NCBI GenBank assembly: GCA_963750165.1
Contig: CAVVPN010000003.1
Location: 704,001-768,000, forward strand
Source: an uncultured Gemmataceae bacterium
GTDB taxonomy: Bacteria > Planctomycetota > Planctomycetia > Gemmatales > Gemmataceae
Reading direction: 5' to 3'
DNA length: 64,000 nt
The position numbers and the translations under genes are program-made. This document shows, piece by piece, positions 21,608-34,256 of the stretch. Numbering within the stretch: the stretch's first letter is position 1; every line of letters starts with the position of its first letter. Under the pieces are notes generated by a model, which was not told where the DNA came from, searched no databases, and saw only the letters and a list, made by a program, of their open reading frames with translations.

Positions 21608-22747
21608 TCAATACGGATACCAGATCAGCATGGTCTTGAGCAGCAGCAGGTGCAGGAACGCCAGCGCCGTCAGGTAACCCCAGGCGCTCAGGCTGCCCGG
21701 ATACCAGGGAAAGGTGAAAACGCCGTGGACCAGCGGCCAGCGCAGCCGCGACGGTGGCGTGCGCGGCGGCAAGGGCGGCTCCGGCGGCGTGCGGCGGCCA
21801 CGCGGCGATGGCCAGGTTTCGCCGACGGGCCGGCTGCCGTCCAGGGGCGTCGGCGGTGTCGTGCGTGGCCCACGCTCCTCGACCACGTCATAGCCCTCGC
21901 GCCGCCCCGGTGGCCGAGGACGCTCGTAGGATGGGCGGATCGGCTTTGGCCCGGCTGGCGCATCCAGGCCATAGGCGGTTGGCGGCGCCCACTCATCTTC
22001 AGGCTCGGCGGTGGCCGCGGCGGGCGCGTCGGCGAGCGGTTCCAGCTGCACTTCCAACGCCGGCTCCTCCACGGCCCAGGGATCGACGGCCCGGACCTTC
22101 ACTGGCCTGTTCCGTTCGCGGCGGCCACGACGGCGAGCTTCTTCAAGCGGCTTCTGGCCGATCAGCCAGGCGACGCGGCCCAGCAGCCGGGCGTCGATGA
22201 GTAGCACCGCCGCCAGCACCGGCGCCGCCAGCACCACGTACCACGGCCAGCCTTCCTGGGCCCGCATCGCCACCGTCCCCAGCCACGCCGCGCCGGCTGT
22301 CAGAGCGCCAGTGGCCAGGTACATCCACAGCGTTGCCGGCCAGCGGCGCAGCAGCCCGAGGACGACCGGTCCGTTCAGCAACTGCATCCAGCTCTGACCG
22401 CTGAGGCAGGACAGCAGGCTGACCGGCCAGACCAGCCAGAACAGGCCAGCCAGGACGACGCAGAACGTCGCGAAGTCCAGGCGCAACACCCCCGCCGTGA
22501 TCCCGGCCGCGATCGCCAACGGCATCAGCCAGATGGCGACCAGCCAGCCGAGGAACACGGACCGCCAGACCCAGTCCCAGATGGGCTCGTCCGGCCAGCT
22601 TACCTCGTCCGCGCCTGCGGCGGTGGCGTTCAGCGTCACCAACAGACAGTGGCCCAGGTAGGCGAGGAAATAGAGCAGGAACAGGCTGGCGCCCAGGGCG
22701 GCGAACATGAAGATGATGGCGGTGCCGAAGGCGCCTACGGTGCTCAT
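21608..22747 (-). CDS. Hypothetical multi-pass membrane protein with a Pro-rich loop
   Basis: About 6 hydrophobic segments; GGAGG RBS. Confidence 0.7.
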   Translation of the reverse strand: MSTVGAFGTAIIFMFAALGASLFLLYFLAYLGHCLLVTLNATAAGADEVSWPDEPIWDWVWRSVFLGWLVAIWLMPLAIAAGITAGVLRLDFATFCVVLAGLFWLVWPVSLLSCLSGQSWMQLLNGPVVLGLLRRWPATLWMYLATGALTAGAAWLGTVAMRAQEGWPWYVVLAAPVLAAVLLIDARLLGRVAWLIGQKPLEEARRRGRRERNRPVKVRAVDPWAVEEPALEVQLEPLADAPAAATAEPEDEWAPPTAYGLDAPAGPKPIRPSYERPRPPGRREGYDVVEERGPRTTPPTPLDGSRPVGETWPSPRGRRTPPEPPLPPRTPPSRLRWPLVHGVFTFPWYPGSLSAWGYLTALAFLHLLLLKTMLIWYPY

Positions 22748-22921
22748 GGGACTGAACCTCCAGCGCTGTCAGGCAGACTGGAACGGACTGGACGCCTGGC
22801 GTCCACCCCGCCGCGCCCAGGTCTTGCCCGGACTGAGAGTGTACCCCACCCGCCGCGGTGGACACCAGCCCTCCCGCCGCCGCGGCCCCAGCGCCCCGCG
22901 CCGCCTCGGTCCAGTGGACGT

Positions 22922-23116
22922 TCATGGCGACCCCAGGCCGAAGCGCCGGCGAGCCTCCGCCACGGGAACGGTTCGACCTGCGCGCGAAGCTTTCAGCCCG
23001 GCTTCGATGGCCTGGCGGACGTAAATCTCATACTGCAAATCTTCCCAGGTGGCGTCCTCCGCCAGGCGCTCAACCAGGCGGCGGGCTTCTTCTGTAATGG
23101 TCGGAGCGGATATCAA
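22922..23116 (-). CDS. Small antitoxin-like protein of the kind found beside RelE/ParE toxins
   Basis: EEARRLVERLAEDATWEDLQYEIYVRQAIEAGL..GRTVPVAEARRRFG; GGAG RBS before TTG. Confidence 0.7.
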   Translation of the reverse strand: MISAPTITEEARRLVERLAEDATWEDLQYEIYVRQAIEAGLKASRAGRTVPVAEARRRFGLGSP

Positions 23117-23235
23117 TCGTCTCCGATCCCACAAGGGCGCGTCTCTTACACCGCACCGACTATACCAAAATCGCCCGCAAAAAACCAGAAACGGGAAAGG
23201 CCGCGCCCCGCCCCTGGGCTGAGGCGGCTTCAGAT

Positions 23236-23463
23236 TTACCTTTTCCCCAGCAGGGCATCCAGTTGCTCCGGAGTCGCCACCCCGTCCGCGAATCGCTCCA
23301 CTACCGCCGCCGCTTCCCGGGCACCGTGCCCCAGCAGCAGATGTCGGGCTCGGCCAGCGCAAGCGCAGAGGAACAGGCGGAACTTACGCACGCTGGCCTG
23401 GTATCGCCCCCAGGTGAGCATGTTCTTCAAATCCGCGCTGACGTACCATCCAAGCTTGGTCAT
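23236..23463 (-). pseudogene. Truncated member of an expanded Gemmataceae family (MTExEW..RKLRLFAxAC..)
   Basis: ASVRKFRLFLCAC..AAAVVERFADGVAT resembles the family N-terminus (from recall); the C-terminal part is absent. Confidence 0.5.
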
Positions 23464-23499
23464 CGGAGCACCAAAGGCACTCTTTTCCAAGGATTGTGG

Positions 23500-25279
<1,780 letters not shown>

Positions 25280-25351
25280 CGCGCATCCTCCGGCACGAGG
25301 AATCAGGGCACCGGGGAGCAACGCGGCTGGACGGACGGACGGGTGTCGAGT

Positions 25352-25429
25352 CGCTTCCCTACGCCGGTATGAACCGGATCAGGTTCTCAGGGTCTGCTCT
25401 CAGTCCGCGGCTCGCGGACACCCCTAGCG
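25352..25429 (-). ncRNA. TPP riboswitch (THI element)
   Basis: Minus strand reads CGCTAGGGGTG..GACTGAGAG..ACCC..GAACCTGATCCGGTTCATACCGGCGTAGGGAAGCG; upstream of thiC. Confidence 0.95.
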
Positions 25430-25478
25430 AACGTCGGGTATTGTAGCCGCCCTGGAGGGGGTGACAAGTGCTGAGGGT

Positions 25479-25532
25479 GCGAGGGGGTGAAAGAGCAGTT
25501 GTCTTTCACCCCCTCACCCCTTCACCCCCTCA
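25479..25532. repeat. Hairpin with short tandem TCACCCC(C/T)T arms
   Basis: gagggggtgaaaga / tctttcaccccctcaccccttcaccccctca. Confidence 0.5.
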
Positions 25533-25610
25533 TTTTCTGAGTTGCGAACCGCGCGGCGGCGCGTTCCAATGGAGACATCAACCCGGATGATTTTCAGGAG
25601 GCTGCAACCC

Positions 25611-26915
25611 ATGGGATGCGACATGCTGGTAGCCCTCGGACCGGCCACGTCCGACGGCCGCACACACTTCGGTCTTAACAGTCACCACCACGCCCGGCAA
25701 CCGCAGACGTTGCGCCGCAGCCCCGGACGGGCCTTCGCCCCCGGCGAGGTCGTCCGCACCTCCGCCCTGGAACTGCCGCAGGGCCGCCAGACCTGCTCCG
25801 TCCTCGCCAGCGGCCTCGACAACCGCTGGGGCTACGAGCAGGGCGTCAACGAACATCACCTGGCCGTCGGCTACGCCAACTGGCACAGTCTCCTGGCCAC
25901 CACGCAATCGACTCTCCTCGCCAGCGACCTGGTGCGTCTGGCCCTGGAGCGCTGTCACAGCGCCCGCCAGGCACTCGACCTGCTCTGCGACCTGCTGACA
26001 CGCCACGGCCACAGTGTCGCGCTGCCGCACGGCGGCGACGCCGTGTTTCTGCTGGCCGACCCCGACGAGGCGTTCGTCCTCGAAGCCGCCGGCCCCGCCT
26101 GGGCCTATCAGGAAATCCGGCAGGTCCGCGCCGTCAGCGACGTCAGCGTCATCCGCCAGGACTGGGACCGCATCAACCGCGGCCTGGCTGACGAAGTGAC
26201 GCAGCGCAACTGGTGGCAGTGCGACGGCAGCAAGCTCGACTTCTCCGGCACCCTGAGCATTTACCCCACCGGCCGCGCCTCCGCCCTGCGCCGCTGGGGC
26301 CGGCTCACGTACCTGCTCGAACAGCAGAGCGGCAGCATCGACAACGGTTTCGTGCGCCGCGTCCTCGGCGACCACTACGAGGGCGCCCGCTACGAGTTCG
26401 ACCCGGTCACCGGTAGCGGCGCGGCCACGCCGCTGTGCCGCCACGCCTCGGCCGCGGCGCCGCTCGGCACCGTCGCCAGCTTCGCCGTGACGCTGCACCG
26501 CACGGCAGCCGTGACCCTGGCCTGGTGCGCCTTCGGGCCGCCCTGCGTCAGCGTCTACTTCCCCGTCTTCCTCGAAGGCGAACTGCCCGAGGCGCTGTCC
26601 ACCGGCGGGCCGGAAGGGCTCGGCGACAGCGTGTGGTGGCTCACGCGCCGGCTGCTCGACACGCTCGACACTGCCCCGCGCTGCTGGTCGCAGGTGCGCG
26701 ACGTGCTCGGCCAGTTGCAGGCACGCTTCGAGCAGGAGGCCGAGGATTTTCTGGCTGAGACCCCGGCCCTGAAGCAGCAAGGGGAAGCTGTCCTGGCCCG
26801 CCAGGCGTACCTGTTGATGCAGGGCCACGTCGAGCGCTACGAGGAAGCGGTGCGGACGCTGACCGCGCCGGCGCGGGCGTTCGCGCTGTCGGCGGGCGCG
26901 GCGGTCCAGCCGTGA
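25611..26915 (+). CDS. Peptidase C69 / secernin-like Ntn-hydrolase
   Basis: MGCDMLVALG (N-terminal Cys nucleophile), WGYEQGVNEHHLA, DLVRLALER, FLLADPDEAFVLE. Confidence 0.85.
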   Translation: MGCDMLVALGPATSDGRTHFGLNSHHHARQPQTLRRSPGRAFAPGEVVRTSALELPQGRQTCSVLASGLDNRWGYEQGVNEHHLAVGYANWHSLLATTQSTLLASDLVRLALERCHSARQALDLLCDLLTRHGHSVALPHGGDAVFLLADPDEAFVLEAAGPAWAYQEIRQVRAVSDVSVIRQDWDRINRGLADEVTQRNWWQCDGSKLDFSGTLSIYPTGRASALRRWGRLTYLLEQQSGSIDNGFVRRVLGDHYEGARYEFDPVTGSGAATPLCRHASAAAPLGTVASFAVTLHRTAAVTLAWCAFGPPCVSVYFPVFLEGELPEALSTGGPEGLGDSVWWLTRRLLDTLDTAPRCWSQVRDVLGQLQARFEQEAEDFLAETPALKQQGEAVLARQAYLLMQGHVERYEEAVRTLTAPARAFALSAGAAVQP

Positions 26916-26926
26916 GCCTGGTGCTG

Positions 26927-26988
26927 CCCGAGGGGCCGACATTCCTGTCTGCCAGGTGTTCGGCAGACAGGAATGTCGGCCCCTCGGG
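26927..26988. repeat. REP-like palindrome (GACATTCCTGTCTGCC type)
   Basis: cccgaggggccgacattcctgtctgcc / ggcagacaggaatgtcggcccctcggg. Confidence 0.8.
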
Positions 26989-27224
26989 AAGCGGCAGAGA
27001 TGGACCCTTTTTTAATCGAAAAATCGCAGTCCTGTGGCCGGAACCTTACCGGCGCTGTATGGTTTGATCTTGTACCTGCTGCATTCGGCAAGAACACTCG
27101 CAGCCCAGACGCCCACGATCTGCGGCATTCGTTTTGCTTGATGTTCGACATCCCCTGGCAAACATCCCAACAGCGGGTTGGGAAGTGTTCGTAGAGTTGT
27201 GGTTTGGGAGCACAAGGAGCACCC

Positions 27225-27585
27225 ATGCGCAAGTTCGTGTGTGCGGCAACGGTCGTCCTGCTGGCCCTCGTCATTGCGAAGGCCGAAGAGTTCAACGCCA
27301 CGATCATCAAGGTGGATGGCAGCAAGGTGACCGTCAAGAAGGGCAAGAAGGGCGGCGCAGAAGGAAGAGACCTACACGGCCGCGAAGGACGTGAAGGTCA
27401 ACAAGGGCAAATTCAAGAAGGGCGAGAAGCCCGAAGTCGGCGCCGCCATCGCCGATGGCCTGTCGAACGAGATGTTCAAGACGATCCCCGAAAAGGGCGT
27501 TGGCGCCGTCATCACCACCAACGACAAAGGCGAGATCACCCAGATCCTCGTGAAGGGCGGCAAGAAGAAAGCCGCGGGCAACTGA
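27225..27585 (+). CDS. Small Lys-rich exported protein (frameshift near 27360)
   Basis: AAGGAG RBS, signal peptide, AEEFNATIIKVDG; continues in the 27391 frame to ITQILVKGGKKK. Confidence 0.7.
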
Positions 27586-27886
27586 CCCCAGCTGGCCATT
27601 ACATTCTCCCCCAAGCCTGCCGTCGCGCTCCGGCGCGACGGCAGGCCGTCGGGCACACTCCTGCCAACACCCGCGCACGCCGCTTCCGAAAAAAATCTTG
27701 AAACTTTCTGCTTGCCTTCCGCTTCACGACTGCGTTAATATTTTTTTAACCCAGGCAGGTAAGCATCCGACCGGCAGGAAACATTCCGCTTTCGGCCCGC
27801 GACCGGTAACCCGCCACAACACCCCGCCTGCTTTGCGCTGCTTCCGACCACCGCGGAGGTGAGCCGCACTCTGGAGGATTGAGCCA

Positions 27887-30291
27887 ATGTTCGCTGCCAA
27901 CGTCCGTCTCCTGGTCCTCGCCGCGCTGTGCGCGCTGCTCGGCCCGGCTGCCACGCGGGCCCGCGCCGACGTACAACTTCCGGGGAACGCCAAGCTCGGA
28001 GCGGTCGATTTCGAGCGGCACGTCATGGGCCTGTTCGGCCGCATGGGCTGCAACGCCGGCTCGTGTCACGGCTCCTTTCAGGGCAAGGGCGGCTTCCGTT
28101 TGTCGCTGTTCGGCTACGAGCCGGAGCGCGACTATTACGCCTTGACCCGCGAATACCTCGGCCGCCGCGTCAACCCGACAGACCCCGATCAGAGCCTGCT
28201 GCTGCTCAAGGCCACCGGCCAGGTCAAGCACGAGGGCGGCGTTCGCTTCGCGAAGGGCTCCTGGCAATATCAGGTGTTTCGGCAATGGATCGCCGCCGGC
28301 GCGCACTGGCGGCAGAGCAGCGGCGCCGTGCGGGCCGTGCGCGTCACGCCGCCGGAGCTGCCGTTCAAGAAGGCCGGCGCGGAAGTGCAGGTGCGCGTCA
28401 CCGCCACCTTCGCCGACGGCAGCGAACAGGACATCACCTGCTTCTGCGACTTCCGCATCAACGACGACGCCGTTGCCGAGGTCAGCAACCTGGGCCTGGT
28501 CAGGTCGGCCAAGGCCGGCTCGACCGCCGTCATCGTCACCTACCGCGGCACCGTGATTCCCGTCCACGTGCTGGTGCCGATGCAGCTGCCGCCGAATTTC
28601 GTCTACCCGAAGGTGCCGGAAAACAACTACATCGATCGCGCCGTCTTCGCCCGGCTGAAGTCGCTCAACATGGTCCCCTCGGACCTGGCCGACGACGCCG
28701 AATTTTTGCGGCGCGTCACCATCGACACCATCGGCTGCCTGCCGAGCCCCGCTGAGGTCCGCAGCTTCCTGGCGAACAAGGACCCGAACAAACGCGCCCG
28801 CAAGATCGACGAACTGCTCAACCATCCGCTGCACTCGGCCCTGTGGGCGACCAAGTTCTGCGACATCACCGGCAACAACACGCTGGCGCTGGAGCAGCCG
28901 GTGCAGCTCAAGGCCAAGCGCAGCCAGCAGTGGCACGAGTGGTTCCGCAAGCGCCTCGCGGACAACATGCCGTATGACGAGATCGTCCGCAACGTACTGA
29001 CCGCCACCAGCCGCGAGGGCCGCGAGCCGGCGGTCTGGCTGACGCGTCTCAAGGAGATCGATGCCGGTATCGAAACGGGTTACGAGGCCGACCGCTACGC
29101 GGAGCGGCAGACGCTGGACCTGTTCTGGCGGCGGCAGCAGAATGTGGCCATTGAGCAGTGGGGCGAGAAGACGGCGGCGGCGTTCCTGGGCGTGCGTCTG
29201 GAATGTGCCCAGTGCCACAAGCACCCGTTCGACCGCTGGACGCAGGCCGAGTATCGCGCGTACGCCAACGTCTTCAGCCAGGTGTCCTTCGGCATCTCGC
29301 CGGAGTCGAAGAAGGCCATCGACCAGGAGAACAAGGAACGGCGGGCGAAGACCACCAAGGGTAATCAACTCAACCTGGTCAAGGAAGTCTTCGTCAAGGC
29401 CTCCCCGAACAAGCTGCTGCCACATCCGGACACGGGCAAGTATCTCGGCGCTGCGCGCTGGGGGGCCCGGAAATCAAGTTGGAGAAGGGCACGGACCCGC
29501 GCGTCGTGCTGTTCGAGTGGATGCGGTCGCGCGACAACCCATTCTTCGCCCGCAGCTTCGTCAATCGCATCTGGGGCCATTACTTCGGCGTTGGCATCGT
29601 CCATCCGGTGGACGACTTCTCGCTGGGCAATCCCGCCAGCAATGACAAGTTGCTGGACGCACTGGCCCAGGACTTCATCGACAGCAAGTTCGACATCCGC
29701 GCCATGGAGCGCAAGATGTTGAACTCGCGGACCTATCAACTGTCGTCGAAAACCAACGCGACCAACAAGTTCGACAAGAACAATTACGCTCACAGTTATG
29801 TGCGGCCCATGATGGCCGAGGCGGTCGTGGACGTGCTCAACTCGGCGCTGGGGGCCACGGAGAAATATGGTCCCGAGATCAAGCCCGGCAGCAAGGCGGT
29901 GGAGGTCGGCGCCAGCCAGCTGCAAAACGGTCAAAATCAGGGCGTGAACTACGCTTTCCGCATCTTCGGCCGGCCGCCGCGCACTGCCGCCTGCGACTGC
30001 GAACGGGCCATGGACCCGGCACTGCCGCAGAAGCTGTATCTGATGACCGACAAGGCCGTGCTCGACAAGATCAGCGCCCCCACTGGACGGCTGCAAACGC
30101 TGCTCAAGAGCAAGCTGACCGACGAGCAGATTCTGGACGAACTGTTCCTGGCGACGCTGTCGCGGCTGCCCAACGCGGGTGACCGCGAGTTGTTCAGCGA
30201 ATACAAGGCGCAGGCGCGCAGCCGTACCGCTCTGTTCAACGATGTGGTGTGGGCACTGATTAACACGCGGGAATTTATTTTGAATCATTGA
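27887..30291 (+). CDS. DUF1549/DUF1553 (PSD1) protein with an Ig-like domain (frameshift near 29455)
   Basis: GCNAGSCHG, NNYID, FLRRVTID, CAQCHKHPFD, NPFFARSFVNRIW, WALINTREFILNH. Confidence 0.9.
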
Positions 30292-30310
30292 GAATTCTGC
30301 GACACTGGAG

Positions 30311-30482
30311 CTGTAGCCGAAGTCGTGAGACTTCGGACGAGATGGAGAGCAACCTTGTTGTGGCTTGGTCTCCGGACCAAGCCACGGAACCTGACCGAAG
30401 GTCTCCCAAATGCTTGTGGTTCAGAAAAGGAGACCTTCGGTCGAAGCCGGTGGCACGGTCAGGAGACCGTGCCACAACGAGG
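30311..30482. repeat. Composite multi-hairpin intergenic element (REPIN/MITE-like)
   Basis: ccgaagtc/gacttcgg; gtggcttggtc..gaccaagccac; gaccgaaggtctcc/ggagaccttcggtc; gtggcacggtc..gaccgtgccac. Confidence 0.7.
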
Positions 30483-30594
30483 AGAGCGTGCCATAACGTG
30501 AATTCAGCTATCCAAAGCATCAAACGCTGCCCGCCTGACCGCCCCGGCAGGTGGACAACCAAGGGGGGATGACCGGGGCACAAGGGACACTCAC

Positions 30595-31952
30595 ATGGCT
30601 AACTTCAGCAAGACGGACTGCGAAGGGTTCGCACGGCGCGACTTCCTCAAGATCGGCGCGGCCGGCCTGTTTGGGCTGAGCCTGCCGCAACTGCTGCAAC
30701 TGGAGGCCCGGGCGCAGGCCCAGGGCGGCACCACGCCGCGCGCGGCCGCGGCGCTGGCGCTACCTCGGTCATCATGGTCTGGCTCGCGGGCGGTCCCGCC
30801 ACCATTGACATGTGGGATGTCAAGCGGAACGCTCCTGAAAACATCCGCGGCGAGTTCCAGGAGATCAACACCAGCGCCCAGGGCGTCCGCATCAGCGAAC
30901 ACCTGCCGCGCATGGCCCAGGTGGCGGACAAATGCACCATCGTGCGTTCGCTGCACCACACGATCCCGGCGCACGGCCCGGCCACGGTGTTCATGACCAC
31001 CGGCAACCGGCCGACGCCCGCGCTGCAGTACCCGGCGCTCGGCTCGCTGGCCATGCGGTTGCTGCCGGCCGCTCGAGGTGTGCCGCCCTACGTCACCTTC
31101 AACGAGCTGCGTAACGGCTCCGCCGGCCAGGCGGGCTACCTCGGCACCTCGTACAACCCGTTCATCATCGAGGGCGCTGGCAACGCCAATGCTCGCAACG
31201 CCACGGCCGCCAACCTGCGCGTGCGCGGCATCACGCTGCCGACCGGCTTCACGCTGGACGACCTGGAGAACCGGGATCGGCTGCTGCAGGGCTTCGACCG
31301 CGGCTTCCAGGCGGTGGACCGCAACGCCGACCTGGTGGACGGCCTGGACACCTTCCACCGTCAGGCGCTGGACATCCTGCGTTCGGATCGCACCCGTACC
31401 GCCTTCAACCTGAATCAGGAGACGGATACGCTGCGGCAGCGCTACGGCATGTCGGCGTTCGGTCAGGGCGCGCTGGCGGCGCGGCGGCTGGTGCAGGCGG
31501 GCGTCCGCTTCGTGACGCTGTCCATCGGCGGCTGGGATACGCACAACCAGAACTTCAACGCCCTGCGCACCCGGTTGCTGCCGCAGCTCGATCAGACGCT
31601 GTCGGCGCTGATTCAGGACCTGAGCGACCGCGGTCTGCTGGACAGCACCATCGTCTACTGCGCCGGCGAGTTCGGCCGGACACCGCGCATCAACCAGCGC
31701 GTGGGCCGCGACCACTGGGCGCGGTCGATGGCGGTCGTGCTGGCGGGCGGCGGTTTCAAGCGCGGCTACGCCCACGGCAGCACCGACGTTCAGGGCATGG
31801 CCCCGGCCACCGAGCCCTGCACGCCGGATGACGTGGCCAGCACCATTTTCAACAACCTGGGCATCAACCCGAGCACGGAACTGCAAACGCCGACCGGCCG
31901 CCCGGTCCAGTTGTTCCGCGAGGGCCGCGTGGTGCAGCGACTGCTGGCGTAA
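30595..31952 (+). CDS. DUF1501 family protein (frameshift near 30750-30770)
   Basis: ARRDFLKIG, WLAGGPATIDMWD, ALAARRLVQAGV, GEFGRTP, GRDHW. Confidence 0.9.
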
Positions 31953-31990
31953 TCGCTCCCTGGCAAAGGTTTCCTTTCGCAACAAAGCAC

Positions 31991-32027
31991 CCCTGCCCCG
32001 TTAACTCGGGGCAGGGATTTTCGTTTT
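31991..32027 (+). terminator. Intrinsic terminator
   Basis: ccctgccccg ttaact cggggcaggg followed by attttcgtttt. Confidence 0.65.
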
Positions 32028-32099
32028 ATCAGTAACAGGCCGCCAGGTAGAATGGCGACTGACAGGGGGAAGGGCGGCTGCATCCTCGGGAGGTCCGTC

Positions 32100-32962
32100 A
32101 TGGTCCGCACACTGGGTCTGCTGGCAGTGATCGCGGTGCTAGCGCCGGCGCTGGGCGAAGCCCAGCAGCCCCGTCCCGTCGGCGCGGCCCGGGAAGTGGA
32201 ACTGGTCGGCGGTGCCCGGTTGAAGCTGATGCGCATTGACCCCGGCAAGTTCGTCATGGGCTCGCGGCACTACGCCAATGAGACGCCGCACGAGGTGGAG
32301 ATCACCAAACCGTTCTACATGGGCGTGTACGCGGTCACGCAGAACCAGTACCGGCAGGTTACGGGCAACAACCCCAGCTTTTATTGTGCGCAAGGCGGCG
32401 GCGCGAAGGAGGTGCAGGGGCTCGACACACGCGACTTCCCCGTGGAGCAGACCCTCTGGGAGGAGGCGGTGGCGTTCTGCAAGCGGGCGTCGGCGTCGCC
32501 GGCGCTGCGGCGCGCGGCTGGGTGGTGGACCTGCCGACCGAGGCCGAGTGGGAATACGCCTGCCGCGCCGGCACGACCACCGACTTCCACTACGGCGACA
32601 CGCTGTCCTCGCACCAGGCGAATTTCGTCGGCGAATTCCCGCACGGCAAAGCCCCGAAGGGGCCGACCCTGCAGCGACCGGCGAAGGTGGGATCGTACCG
32701 GCCGAACGCCTGGGGCCTGTACGACATGCACGGCAACGTCTGGCAGTGGTGCAAGGACTGGTTCGCCGAGGGCTACTACAAGGTCAGCCCCAAACAGGAC
32801 CCGCCAGGCCCTGCCCAGGGGGACAAGCACTGCATGCGCGGCGGCGGTTGGAATGAGAGTGGCTCGTCTTGTCGGGCCGCCTGCCGCAGCTGGTGCATCG
32901 CGGACCACCGCTTCGGGGGCAACGGTTTTCGGGTGGTCGTACGGCTGACGCCGCCGCAATAA
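32100..32962 (+). CDS. FGE-sulfatase/SUMF1-like (CLec fold) exported protein, copy 1 (frameshift near 32510)
   Basis: PGKFVMGS, LPTEAEWEYACRAG, PNAWGLYDMHGNVWQW, RGGGW, GFRVV. Confidence 0.88.
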
Positions 32963-32979
32963 GTTCCCGGAGGTCGCAC

Positions 32980-33852
32980 ATGGTCCGCACACTGAGTTTG
33001 CTGGTGATGGCCGCGGCGGCGCTCGCGCCGGCGCTGGGCGAAGCCCAGCAGCCCCGTCCCGTCGGCGCGGCCCGCGAAGTGGAGCTGGAACTGGTCGGCG
33101 GTGCCCGGTTGAAGCTGATGCGCATTGACCCGGGCAAGTTCGTCATGGGGTCCACGGCAGACGCCGGTGCGCCGCCGCACGAGGTGGCGATCACAAAACC
33201 GTTCTACATGAGCGTCTACCTGGTGACGCAGAACCAGTACCGCATGGTCATGGGCACAAACCCCAGCGGCTTTTCCGCACAGGGGAACCGCGCGAAGGCG
33301 GTGGCGGGGCTGGACACCCGCGACTTCCCGGTGGAGCGGGTGCTCTGGGACGACGCGATGGCGTTCTGCAAGCGCGCCTCGGAGTCGTCCGCATTGAAGG
33401 CGCGCGGTTGGGTGGTGGACCTGCCGACGGAAGCGGAGTGGGAATACGCCTGCCGGGCGGGCACGACAACGGAATTCCATTACGGCCCCGCCCTGTCTTC
33501 CGCGCAGGCGAATTTCAACGGCTTCCATCCTCACGGGGGGGCGCCGCAGGGGCCGCACCTGCAGCGGACCACGAAGGTGGGGTCATACCGCCCCAACGCC
33601 TGGGGGTTGTATGACATGCATGGCAACATCAACCAGTGGTGCAAGGACTGGTTCGACGACAACTACTACAAGGTCAGTCCCAAACAGGATCCGCAGGGCC
33701 CGGCCCAGGGCGCGAAGCACAGCATGCGCGGCGGCACCTTTAGCGACGGCGCGTATGCCTGCCGATCCGCCTTCCGCAACTGGGGCGCGCCGGATGTCCG
33801 CTATGAGGGCCACGGCTTTCGGGTGGTTGTGCGGGTGACGCCGCCGCATTGA
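32980..33852 (+). CDS. FGE-sulfatase/SUMF1-like exported protein, copy 2
   Basis: Same motifs as copy 1; GGAGG RBS; tandem paralog. Confidence 0.9.
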   Translation: MVRTLSLLVMAAAALAPALGEAQQPRPVGAAREVELELVGGARLKLMRIDPGKFVMGSTADAGAPPHEVAITKPFYMSVYLVTQNQYRMVMGTNPSGFSAQGNRAKAVAGLDTRDFPVERVLWDDAMAFCKRASESSALKARGWVVDLPTEAEWEYACRAGTTTEFHYGPALSSAQANFNGFHPHGGAPQGPHLQRTTKVGSYRPNAWGLYDMHGNINQWCKDWFDDNYYKVSPKQDPQGPAQGAKHSMRGGTFSDGAYACRSAFRNWGAPDVRYEGHGFRVVVRVTPPH

Positions 33853-33909
33853 ATGGCAGACCCTCCCCCCAGGGTGAGCCGGGATCACGCTCCCGGCTCG
33901 CCTGGCTAC

Positions 33910-34167
33910 TCACGAGCACCAATCGCTGGTATCGGTGTCGTCGGAACCCATGTCGGATGAATCGGACGTGTCGTCGGTGTTGCCGCAATCCGTGTCGGAC
34001 GAAGCAGACGTGTCGTCGCTGGTGTCGCTGTCGTCCGCCGATGTGTCGGTAGTGTCCGTCGGCGGAGGGCAGGAGTAGGTGCAACTGGGGTTGGTTGCGG
34101 GACACGAAACCACCGCTTTTTGCAAGCCCATCCACTCATCCTGTGTTGTATATGGACTTTCTCCCAT
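33910..34167 (-). CDS. Small Cys-containing, Asp/Ser/Thr-rich protein (start 34167 or 34131)
   Basis: CPATNPSCTYSCPPP followed by a DTSDD-rich tail with varied synonymous codons. Confidence 0.45.
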   Translation of the reverse strand: MGESPYTTQDEWMGLQKAVVSCPATNPSCTYSCPPPTDTTDTSADDSDTSDDTSASSDTDCGNTDDTSDSSDMGSDDTDTSDWCS

Positions 34168-34227
34168 AAGCGCGAGTGCATTTGGCTATCTGGGCAAGGT
34201 GGAAAGATAAGAAAAATAAGTTTTTCC

Positions 34228-34256
34228 TTGACACTCACATCTCAGCACCCCAAAAT
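34228..34256 (+). promoter_or_regulatory. Putative sigma70 promoter
   Basis: TTGACA-17 nt-CAAAAT preceded by an A/T-rich tract. Confidence 0.5.
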
